From Candidatus Woesearchaeota archaeon (GTDB lineage: Archaea; Nanobdellota; Nanobdellia; Woesearchaeales; ARS49), in assembly GCA_038891615.1 (NCBI GenBank), contig JAWADY010000002.1, positions 64,994 to 128,993 on the forward strand: a stretch of 64,000 bases of DNA, read 5' to 3'. How positions within the stretch are numbered: position 1 is the stretch's first letter; every line of letters starts with the position of its first letter. The notes below the pieces were generated by a model. It made no database searches and was not told the DNA's origin. It was given only the letters and a program-made list of their open reading frames with translations. This document shows, one piece after another, positions 8,857 to 16,088 of the stretch. The translations under genes were made by a program, and so were the position numbers.

Positions 8857-10827
8857 CTATTTGCTAAAAGGATTTCTCATTTGCTTTGCTACCCAGACTG
8901 GGCTAAAATCTTCATAATCATTATCAGTAAGCTGCTCGAGCTTATCCTTTTCAATGTTGTAAACAAAGATTTCGCAATCTCTGTCTTTTTGTTTCTGTCC
9001 AAAACGAAACCAAGGGCAAGCAGAAAAGGCAATGCCTTTTGAGTCTTGCGACCAAGCAATGTTGTCCTCATTTACAAAAAAATTGTTTGGAATGCTAACT
9101 TTTTTGATGCTTAGTTTTGGCCAATCCGCTATATTGACAATGGTTACAATACTGCTCCCCTTATACCTTATTGCAAAATGTTTCAAATCTGGAGAGTTAT
9201 ACATTGCTAATGCCTGGTCTGGAAGTTTTGTCACAAATTTTGGCTTGTCCACACCGTTCTTACAAGATTCTTTTCTTTTTTTCTGGCAAGAGGCTAAGTC
9301 ATAAAGGGTGGCTTTCTCGAGTGCTAGAAAGTAAAGAAGGTTTTGGCTTTCACCTTTTGGATGATAAGGACTGGCTGCGAGGCTAAAGAACAAGCCAGGC
9401 TTTGCAAAAGTCAGTGCAGTAACATAATATCCCTTTTTTTCAAAAATCTTAAGTTTGATTGGGCTTTCTGATCCAAAGATTTTATAAGCATATATCTTGC
9501 CCTTCTTCTCATTGTTGGCATAAACGAGCCAGTTAAAATCAAACCACTCAAAGGCTTCCCACTCTGATTTGTCGTCGTACCCTGTTGATAAATTCTTTAT
9601 TTTGTTCTCTTCCGTCTTTAAAAGGGGAGCGAGCCTGATAGTCTTCCAGGACTTTTCTGCAACGCATCCACATTGTGGTGAGATCTTTATTTTGTGATAA
9701 AAGGATAACCCAGAACTTTCAGCAACATCCCCAAGCTTTGGAAAGAAGTAATGTAGTTTGTTGTCTATCACCACACCAACAGTTTCTCCATCGCTGCTTT
9801 TTATTAGGTTTTTGGCTTCCTTTTTTTTAAACACAACCACATTATGCGTTTCCTTTAATGGTGACCGTGGATAAACAAAGTTTATTCCGAAGTTGTCATC
9901 TAATCGTGAAATAAAGTATATTTTCTCATCAGTGACCAATGAAGAAAGCCAGATGAAGAATGAGGCTGTTGTGACAAACGCCGACCCTAAAAACCATTTC
10001 CTGTTTTTGCGCCACCAAAGATACCTGCACGCCTTTTTAGCGCTCCATCTTTTCTTTAGATTTGTTTGAAGAAAGCCAGAAATAAGTTTGCGAAGTGGAG
10101 CTTTTTTAAGTCGTTCATATTCTCCAGAAATTATTTTTTCTCGCAACCTTTCACGCTCAGCATCCTCAAAAGGAAAGCTACCAGTTATAAGCTTGTACAG
10201 TGCAACGCCTGCCGCCCAACTATCACTTTGTTGCGATGGCATAAAGCCTTTTAGTAGTTCTGGCGCACGATAGAGCAAGCTACCATAGCAAGGGCCGTAG
10301 TGTAGCTCCTTGCTGTTCGATAGTCCGAAGTCAACAATTTTTATCTTTCCTTCAGAAAGAATGAGGTTTTCAAGGCTCAGGTCACCATGTGTAACACCTC
10401 TTGAGTGCAAAAAGTCAAGTCCTTTACAAATCTGTTCCGCGCATTCAATGAGTTGCTTTTCATCGAGTTTGCCTGCAACCTCGCTCAGCTTTCTGCCTTC
10501 CACATACTCTTCAACAATAAATGGCAGGCCAGTCTTTTCGTCTATGTTAACAAAGTAGATTTTAGCAATATGTTCATGGCCTTTGCCGCGCTCCTCACGC
10601 AACTTTGTAAGAATTTTTGCCTCGCGCTCAAATGTGCTTTCAATGCTTACATTCCTATAAGCTGGAAATGAGCGCGAATGTTTCAGAATTTTTAGTGCAA
10701 CTGTTATGCCTTGTTGAGTATCATAAGCCTTCCAAACTTCTTTAAAAGCGCCGCCACCAATCTTTTCAATGAGTCTAAACTTACCGTTATTAAAAAAAGC
10801 ATTATCCTTAAATTCTTCTTCAGCCAT
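8857..10827 (-). CDS. membrane Ser/Thr protein kinase with a predicted extracytoplasmic beta-propeller (TolB/PD40-like) domain
   Basis: Hanks kinase motifs are present: G-loop GGGAFKEV, VALK, HGDLSLENL, DFG (VDFGLS) and APE (YRAPE). One TM follows (FLGSAFVTTASFFIWLSSLV). The ~350-aa C-terminal part carries repeated IAWSQDSKGIAF / FSPVW-type blades. Confidence 0.85.
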   Translation of the reverse strand: MAEEEFKDNAFFNNGKFRLIEKIGGGAFKEVWKAYDTQQGITVALKILKHSRSFPAYRNVSIESTFEREAKILTKLREERGKGHEHIAKIYFVNIDEKTGLPFIVEEYVEGRKLSEVAGKLDEKQLIECAEQICKGLDFLHSRGVTHGDLSLENLILSEGKIKIVDFGLSNSKELHYGPCYGSLLYRAPELLKGFMPSQQSDSWAAGVALYKLITGSFPFEDAERERLREKIISGEYERLKKAPLRKLISGFLQTNLKKRWSAKKACRYLWWRKNRKWFLGSAFVTTASFFIWLSSLVTDEKIYFISRLDDNFGINFVYPRSPLKETHNVVVFKKKEAKNLIKSSDGETVGVVIDNKLHYFFPKLGDVAESSGLSFYHKIKISPQCGCVAEKSWKTIRLAPLLKTEENKIKNLSTGYDDKSEWEAFEWFDFNWLVYANNEKKGKIYAYKIFGSESPIKLKIFEKKGYYVTALTFAKPGLFFSLAASPYHPKGESQNLLYFLALEKATLYDLASCQKKRKESCKNGVDKPKFVTKLPDQALAMYNSPDLKHFAIRYKGSSIVTIVNIADWPKLSIKKVSIPNNFFVNEDNIAWSQDSKGIAFSACPWFRFGQKQKDRDCEIFVYNIEKDKLEQLTDNDYEDFSPVWVAKQMRNPFSK

Positions 10828-10878
10828 CTCTTTTTTTTAAATTTATGCAAAAATTCTTTAAAAATTTTCCGAACAGCG

Positions 10879-11763
10879 TTATCTTGTTTTCTGGATAACA
10901 GATGGTAAAGCAAGCGCAGGAAGCTGTATGCTCAAGTCGACTATAGAAGCAAGGTGAATGTTTTTCCAGCCGTAACGACGTATTTCCTCAAAAATTCTCG
11001 AAGCTTCGGTTGCCGTTTCCTGTTTTGCATCGAAGACAAATCTGTAGCAAGCGTCAAAAAGCTTGGCAGCCTTTTCATATTGTTTTACAATCTCCTGTTC
11101 AGGAACCGCGCGCTGCTTGACTATCTCTGCAGCAAGATACTTGCACTCGTCACCAATTCTTTCCACACTCCAGACAATGACTGCCTTACGCATAGCCTCT
11201 AGGTGTTCTGATATGACATTTTTTGCAAGATACCTCATGCAGTAATGTGCAAGCCTATTCACATCAATATCGCGCTGCTCTAGATGTTCAAGAGCAGTGT
11301 AATCCCAATTTCGAATAGCTTCTACCGAATCCTCAAGCATTCCTTTTACAAGAAGAAACAACCTCCGATAAAGTGCTGGAAATTCATCTTTTATCTGACC
11401 AGCAACATCACGCAAAATGCAATAGTTGCTCCTTTGTTCAACAGTCTCAAAACCAATTAGCTCAATGAGGGCTTTTTTGACGCGCTGAGGAGTTTCTGCT
11501 TCGAAGTTTGTGATTTTTATTTCATCATAGCCATCCTCATAAAGCCTGACAATAAGCCTTGGCAAGAGGACTCCTGCCTCAGGCGCACTTATTTCTTTGC
11601 TTTTGAAGACCTTTTGAGTGCTTGTTGGAGAAAGCGAAATAAAACCTGGTTGTTCTGACATTTCAATCTCATCTCCTTTCTTTATTCCATACTTTCTTGC
11701 CCATTTCGCAGGAAGACTTACCACAAGCGTTTGCTTGGAAAGCTGAATGACCTTTCTTCTCAT
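10879..11763 (-). CDS. AbrB/SpoVT-domain plus PhoU-like domain transcriptional regulator
   Basis: The N-terminus VIQLSKQTLVVSLPAKWARKYGIKKGDEIEM is a swapped-hairpin AbrB motif. The helical C-terminal ~200 aa resemble PhoU-type repeats. Confidence 0.75.
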   Translation of the reverse strand: MRRKVIQLSKQTLVVSLPAKWARKYGIKKGDEIEMSEQPGFISLSPTSTQKVFKSKEISAPEAGVLLPRLIVRLYEDGYDEIKITNFEAETPQRVKKALIELIGFETVEQRSNYCILRDVAGQIKDEFPALYRRLFLLVKGMLEDSVEAIRNWDYTALEHLEQRDIDVNRLAHYCMRYLAKNVISEHLEAMRKAVIVWSVERIGDECKYLAAEIVKQRAVPEQEIVKQYEKAAKLFDACYRFVFDAKQETATEASRIFEEIRRYGWKNIHLASIVDLSIQLPALALPSVIQKTR

Positions 11764-11910
11764 AATCCTTTGAAATGGTGCTTTGTATATAAAGTTTTCT
11801 ATAGGTATATAATTAAATTTTTATTATATATTTTAAGATAACTTATATATTTTAAGCATAAAATATATACTTTTGTTAATGCACTCACCTAAAAAAAGGA
11901 GGTGAGAAAG
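11764..11910. promoter_or_regulatory. AT-rich divergent promoter region with TATA-like boxes, a 14-bp direct repeat and a Shine-Dalgarno site
   Basis: TGTATATAAAG lies at ~11784-11794, 20-30 nt from the minus-strand ATG. TTATATATTTTAAG occurs twice (11824-11837 and 11843-11856). AAATATATAC lies at ~11861-11870, and AGGAGGTGA at 11897-11905 precedes the ATG at 11911. Confidence 0.55.
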
Positions 11911-12393
11911 ATGTCTGACTTTCAAAAAAAGGATTTGGTAATAATAGCCCATCTCAGGCAGAATGCGCGGATGAAGCTAACAGCAATGTCAAGAAAAACA
12001 GCACTCCCTGTCTCAACAATTTATGACAGGTTACAACTTCATGAAGGAAAGACAATCCTAAAGCATTCGTCTCTCATTGACTTTTCAAGACTTGGCTTTA
12101 GTGCAAGAGTGAATGTTCTCTTCAAACTTGGAAAAACTGATAAACAGGAATTTGTAGCATTCCTATCAAAACATCAGAATGTCAACAGCCTTTACAGGAT
12201 TAATAATGGTTTTGATTTCCTTGCAGAGTGCATTTTTAAGAACATACGAGAACTAGAAGACTTTTTCGAACAACTTGATGCAAGGTTTGACATAAAGCAT
12301 AAAGAGGTTTACCATGTTATTGACGAGCTAAAGCGTGAAGCCTTTTTATCAGACCCTCAATTGATTGAGCTTGCAGGAATTGAAGCAGCCTAA
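11911..12393 (+). CDS. Lrp/AsnC-family transcriptional regulator
   Basis: An HTH N-terminus (DLVIIAHLRQNARMKLTAMSRKTALPVSTIYDRL) is followed by a RAM-like C-terminal domain. The track start at 11902 is a GTG inside the SD site; the ATG at 11911 has proper spacing. Confidence 0.8.
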   Translation: MSDFQKKDLVIIAHLRQNARMKLTAMSRKTALPVSTIYDRLQLHEGKTILKHSSLIDFSRLGFSARVNVLFKLGKTDKQEFVAFLSKHQNVNSLYRINNGFDFLAECIFKNIRELEDFFEQLDARFDIKHKEVYHVIDELKREAFLSDPQLIELAGIEAA

Positions 12394-12493
12394 TCCGCCC
12401 TGAAAGGAAGCAAATGCGTAGTGAATTGCTTGCTCAAACTCAACACACAACAAAGCTTACAAAGCAAACATTTTACGATTTTCAGTAGCAAGC

Positions 12494-12501
12494 TTTAAAT
12501 A
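12494..12501 (+). promoter_or_regulatory. TATA box (TTTAAATA) for the 14-gene prepilin-like operon
   Basis: TTTAAATA lies 43-50 nt upstream of the ATG at 12544. GAGGTG at 12533-12538 is a well-spaced SD site. Confidence 0.5.
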
Positions 12502-12543
12502 CTCTGTACTTACTTTTCTTGAAAAACAAAACGAGGTGTTGAG

Positions 12544-12798
12544 ATGTCAAAAGGTCAAGGCATTTCAATTAATGTTATCATAATAGCTGCGATTGCACTG
12601 CTTGTTCTTGTTGTTCTTTCTGTTATGTTCATAGGCAGGATAGGACTCTTTGGAGTTAAGAGTGTTTCTTGCACAGAACAGGGAGGAACATGTTCTGTTG
12701 ATGTCTGCCCAGCAGGGACAAGGGAGTACACACCTTGGAGGTGCCCTGATACTCCTGAGGGGGCAAAGCAGCGCTGCTGCGTGGCAATAGGGGTGTAA
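12544..12798 (+). CDS. small 6-Cys prepilin-like protein (84 aa), candidate major pilin, paralog 1
   Basis: Sequence is MSKGQG/ISINVIIIAAIALLVLVVLSVMFIGRIGLFG followed by a 6-Cys globular tail ending ...QRCCVAIGV. Confidence 0.75.
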   Translation: MSKGQGISINVIIIAAIALLVLVVLSVMFIGRIGLFGVKSVSCTEQGGTCSVDVCPAGTREYTPWRCPDTPEGAKQRCCVAIGV

Positions 12799-12809
12799 GT
12801 GAATTTTCA

Positions 12810-13079
12810 ATGGCAAAAGCGCAAGGGCTGCCAATAAACACAATCATTATCGTTGCGCTAGCACTTGTTGTTCTTTTAGTCATTGCAGCCATTTTTACTG
12901 GTCGTATACAGCTTTTTGGAAGAGCGCTAAGCAACTGCCCAAAAGGAGAGGGGAAGTGGTGCACAGACAACCCTTCGGATTGCGCAGCTGGCAACGCAGC
13001 AGCAAGTCCGCTAAAAAATTGCAACGAAGATGCTGACCCTGAACCAGAAGGGAGCTATTGTTGCATACCATTGGCATGA
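12810..13079 (+). CDS. small 6-Cys prepilin-like protein (89 aa), paralog 2
   Basis: Sequence is MAKAQG/LPINTIIIVALALVVLLVIAAIFTGRIQLFG with a 6-Cys tail ending ...GSYCCIPLA. Confidence 0.75.
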   Translation: MAKAQGLPINTIIIVALALVVLLVIAAIFTGRIQLFGRALSNCPKGEGKWCTDNPSDCAAGNAAASPLKNCNEDADPEPEGSYCCIPLA

Positions 13080-13366
13080 GAATGGGCAAAATGAGCGGAA
13101 AAAAGGGTGCTGAAGCCATTTGGTACATAATCGCGCTTGTCATTGGGCTAATAGTTCTTGTTGTGCTGGTAGCATTATTTACAGGAAAGGTAAAGCTGTT
13201 TGGCAAGGCAGGAGAAGAAATCGAAAAAGGTGTTCGTGGAAATCTTTGTTTTGAGCAGGGTTTTTGTGAAGCGGGCACTGCTTGTCCTCCTGGTTCAACA
13301 GCAATCCCGCGCCCTGCTGCTGGCTGGACAGATTGCACAGGGATTTGTTGCAAGCAAGTTGGATAA
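13076..13366 (+). CDS. small 6-Cys prepilin-like protein (~96 aa), paralog 3
   Basis: Sequence is MRMGKMSGKKG/AEAIWYIIALVIGLIVLVVLVALFTGKVKLFG with a 6-Cys tail ending ...CTGICCKQVG. The start is chosen at the ATGA overlap (13076). The track start 13058 and the ATGs at 13082 and 13091 are alternatives. Confidence 0.7.
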   Translation: MRMGKMSGKKGAEAIWYIIALVIGLIVLVVLVALFTGKVKLFGKAGEEIEKGVRGNLCFEQGFCEAGTACPPGSTAIPRPAAGWTDCTGICCKQVG

Positions 13367-13398
13367 AGTTTTTATACGCAAGAGCCACTTGATTTTTT

Positions 13399-13512
13399 AT
13401 GCACAAAAGAGGCGTTGAAAAAAGCACTTTGTTATACCTCATCCTAATCCTTATCTTTCTTGCGCTTGCAGCCTATATTCTTGTGAGAATTGCTGGGAGG
13501 ATTTTTGGATGA
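13399..13512 (+). CDS. 37-aa mini prepilin-like ORF (not in the supplied track)
   Basis: My translation is MHKRG/VEKSTLLYLILILIFLALAAYILVRIAGRIFG*. The stop overlaps the next start (ATGA at 13509-13512), and the orientation and operon are the same. Confidence 0.5.
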   Translation: MHKRGVEKSTLLYLILILIFLALAAYILVRIAGRIFG

Positions 13513-14225
13513 GCCTGCTCATTGTCAGAAGGAAGGGAATAACAGAAACAGGATTAGTGGCAATAATCCTTGTCCTTGCCTCTGGCATTGTTCTTGGAGC
13601 TCTTGTCTATCAGTTTACTGTTAAGGGGAAGCAGGTTGGCTCTATCGAGCTTTGCAGACAGAATGTGCTAACTGCTAGCAAAGTTGTAGCGCTTGGCAAA
13701 GCAGATATTTGGCCAATCACCAACTGCTTTACAGAAGACCTTGGCAAACTTCCAGAAAAAGAAGAAGAAGCCATTACTCTGATTGCCGAGGGTATTAGGA
13801 AGTGCTGGTACATGTGGGGCGAAGGAAAGCTAACTCCATGGAGCTCTACATGGCTATCAAGAAACATCATGTGTCATGTTTGTACGATGTTTGAGCCAAG
13901 CGCAGAAGTGAGTATTGAAAAGCTTCATGGTTGGATGAGGACTCACAACATTCCTGGCAAAGAATTAACCTACTATGACTTTTTGAAAGAAGGCTACATC
14001 CCTTTCATCTATCCAGCACTTGAAGAAGAAGCCAAAGCCAAAAAAGTTGACCTCACAAAAGGAATGAAATGGGCTGTCTTTTATGCCTATGGAACGCGCG
14101 CGGATTGGCTAAGATTTCCCCTCATTGGTGGACTTGTGCTTGAAGAACCAAAACAAGGCGTTGCCTTCCTGCCGACAAATGAACTCGGAGGCATATGTAC
14201 ATATACTACGATAAAACTCAAATGA
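13509..14225 (+). CDS. prepilin-like protein, 238 aa (CW..GEG..C.VC family, paralog a)
   Basis: N-terminus is MSLLIVRRKG/ITETGLVAIILVLASGIVLGALVY. The motif ...IRKCWYMWGEGKLTPW...MCHVCTMF is shared with the next gene. Confidence 0.7.
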   Translation: MSLLIVRRKGITETGLVAIILVLASGIVLGALVYQFTVKGKQVGSIELCRQNVLTASKVVALGKADIWPITNCFTEDLGKLPEKEEEAITLIAEGIRKCWYMWGEGKLTPWSSTWLSRNIMCHVCTMFEPSAEVSIEKLHGWMRTHNIPGKELTYYDFLKEGYIPFIYPALEEEAKAKKVDLTKGMKWAVFYAYGTRADWLRFPLIGGLVLEEPKQGVAFLPTNELGGICTYTTIKLK

Positions 14226-15145
14226 AAAGGGCGCAAGTAACAACACAGACACTCTTGGTAGTGCTCGTGCTTTTACTCGTAGCAGCTGTCATCTTTATTT
14301 CTTTTCAGACAAGACTCTTTGGCTTAGCAGAAGCCAAAAGTGCAAAGGATGTTTGCAAAACTTCTGTCTATGCCAATGCGCTGCTTGGAAGAAGTGTTGG
14401 AATCTTTTCTTCGGATATAAAATGTCCAACTCAGTATCTTCAGATAGACAATAGTGATGTTGCACATGCAAAGTTTGAGATTGCAAAAGCTCTGTCAGAT
14501 TGTTGGGAACAATTTGGAGAAGGCAGGCTTGAGCTTTTTTCTGGAGAAGGTGTTTTTTGTTCCGTATGTCATTTGATAACTTTTAAGCACAAAGAAAAAG
14601 CAATAAGCGGGCTTTTAGACTATCTTGCAACTAACAAAAAACCCCTTACTGACAAAAGCTATCTTGATTATCTAACAAGCTATCACACTTCAGGAAGCGA
14701 GGTTCTTAAGGCATATGCAGCTGAAAAGCTCCCGCCTGACATTCTTGACCCATCGCGAGGCAACACCTATGCAACAATCTTCTACTATGTCAAGGGTAAA
14801 GACCATGTGAAGGATGTTATTGAAAGAGCCCAAGCAGCAGCACCTGGCATTGGGCTTGAAGCACTTGGTATCGGATTGATAAAGGCAGGCAGTGCAACAG
14901 CTGGCTTGATTTCAGCAACCGGCATTGGTGCGCCTCTAGGTGTAGTTGTTGCAAAGGTCTCAACAATTGTCGGCGGAGTTTTGATTGTTGGCGGAGCAGG
15001 CTATGCCCTCCTCGCTGGTTGGTTCGGCGGAGTCCCTGTAGAATTCCTCTCACAAGTACGCCTCGAGCCTTACAACGAGCAAACGCTTAAAAACCTCGGA
15101 TGCCAAATCCTGCCTGCAGCTGAAAAAGCAGAGGTTGGAAGGTGA
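14222..15145 (+). CDS. prepilin-like protein, ~307 aa (paralog b) with a Gly-rich hydrophobic C-terminal region
   Basis: The start is taken at the ATGA overlap (14222): MKRAQ/VTTQTLLVVLVLLLVAAVIFISF. It carries the motif ...LSDCWEQFGEGRLELF...FCSVCHLITF. The C-terminal segment is GIGLEALGIGLIKAGSATAGLISATGIGAPLGVVVAKVSTIVGGVLIVGGAGYALLAGWFGG. Confidence 0.7.
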   Translation: MKRAQVTTQTLLVVLVLLLVAAVIFISFQTRLFGLAEAKSAKDVCKTSVYANALLGRSVGIFSSDIKCPTQYLQIDNSDVAHAKFEIAKALSDCWEQFGEGRLELFSGEGVFCSVCHLITFKHKEKAISGLLDYLATNKKPLTDKSYLDYLTSYHTSGSEVLKAYAAEKLPPDILDPSRGNTYATIFYYVKGKDHVKDVIERAQAAAPGIGLEALGIGLIKAGSATAGLISATGIGAPLGVVVAKVSTIVGGVLIVGGAGYALLAGWFGGVPVEFLSQVRLEPYNEQTLKNLGCQILPAAEKAEVGR

Positions 15146-15279
15146 TGAAAAAAGGCATATCCCGCGAGGCATTTGTTTACATACTCTTGGCACTTATTGC
15201 AATCCTCATTGGAGTAATCTTGATAATTTTTTGGGGAGGCGGGGCAGAAAAGGTCCTTAAGTCTCTTGGTTTGGGATAG
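15145..15279 (+). CDS. 44-aa mini prepilin-like ORF (not in the supplied track)
   Basis: My translation is MKKG/ISREAFVYILLALIAILIGVILIIFWGGGAEKVLKSLGLG*. The start overlaps the upstream stop by 1 nt (TGATG). Confidence 0.5.
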   Translation: MKKGISREAFVYILLALIAILIGVILIIFWGGGAEKVLKSLGLG

Positions 15280-15284
15280 CTCAA

Positions 15285-15641
15285 ATGGACAAAAAAGCTG
15301 TTGCAATAGAAACAATAGTCATCCTTCTCCTTGCACTTGTTGCTCTCCTTTTCTTTACAGTCCTTGGAGGAAAGCAGCTTCAATTGGGCAAGAAAATAAG
15401 CTTTTTCATGCCGGGCTGCCCAAAGGGTGTTTTAATAACCACAGAATGTCCATGTGATGGCCAAAAGATAAGTTCAGGTTATTGCTGTGATTTTGGACCA
15501 AGCCAAAAGCCTTGCTTTTGCGTAGAGCGAAATGTTAATAAGTGCGAGGATTACAAAAAGCAAGAGGATTGTGTAAGCAATCCTTGCCAAGTTCAAACTG
15601 CTTGCACCTTTGAACAAGGTGTTTGCAAAAGGGCTGGTTAA
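15285..15641 (+). CDS. Cys-rich prepilin-like protein, 118 aa (12 Cys)
   Basis: N-terminus is MDKKA/VAIETIVILLLALVALLFFTVLGG. The tail is CPKGVLITTECPCDGQKISSGYCCDFG... Confidence 0.7.
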   Translation: MDKKAVAIETIVILLLALVALLFFTVLGGKQLQLGKKISFFMPGCPKGVLITTECPCDGQKISSGYCCDFGPSQKPCFCVERNVNKCEDYKKQEDCVSNPCQVQTACTFEQGVCKRAG

Positions 15642-15645
15642 ATAA

Positions 15646-16071
15646 ATGGCAAAAAAAGGGGTAAGTGGAATACAGGTCGTCATAGCACTTTTGATTGGCA
15701 TCATAGTGCTCTATGTTGTTGTGGCTTTTATGCAAGCACAGTTCAAGAAGGCTGGAAAGAGTATCGAGGAAATAACTCCTTCCACAATCAGCTTTGCGCT
15801 GCAAGGCTGCAGGCTCCAAGCCGCACGAGGTTTTTCTGATGCAGATAAGGATGGATATCCCGACTTTTGTGATGTCTGCGAAGGCGGTGATGACGGAAAG
15901 CACAGCGATGCTGACTGGGTTCCAGATGATTGTGATGCGCATGAAAAAACAAAAGGGCTTCCTGCAAAGGAATGTGGTTGTGAAAAGCCAGAAATGGATT
16001 CTGAAGGCAGGCTGATAAAGAGCTGTGGGAGGCTTCTTTCAATCGAGCCATTTAAGTGCGCGAAAAAATGA
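15646..16071 (+). CDS. prepilin-like protein, 141 aa, with an acidic D-rich/Cys segment
   Basis: N-terminus is MAKKG/VSGIQVVIALLIGIIVLYVVVAF. The segment DADKDGYPDFCDVCEGGDDGKHSDADWVPDDCD looks like a Ca-binding site. Confidence 0.7.
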   Translation: MAKKGVSGIQVVIALLIGIIVLYVVVAFMQAQFKKAGKSIEEITPSTISFALQGCRLQAARGFSDADKDGYPDFCDVCEGGDDGKHSDADWVPDDCDAHEKTKGLPAKECGCEKPEMDSEGRLIKSCGRLLSIEPFKCAKK

Positions 16072-16088
16072 ATTTGGTAAAATGAAAA

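Noticed and set aside
12565-13442. Minus-strand ORFs of 92, 122, 152 and 87 aa across the mini-pilin genes
   Set aside because: They are antisense to three SD-led plus-strand genes with conserved leader, TM and 6-Cys architecture. The products are low complexity.
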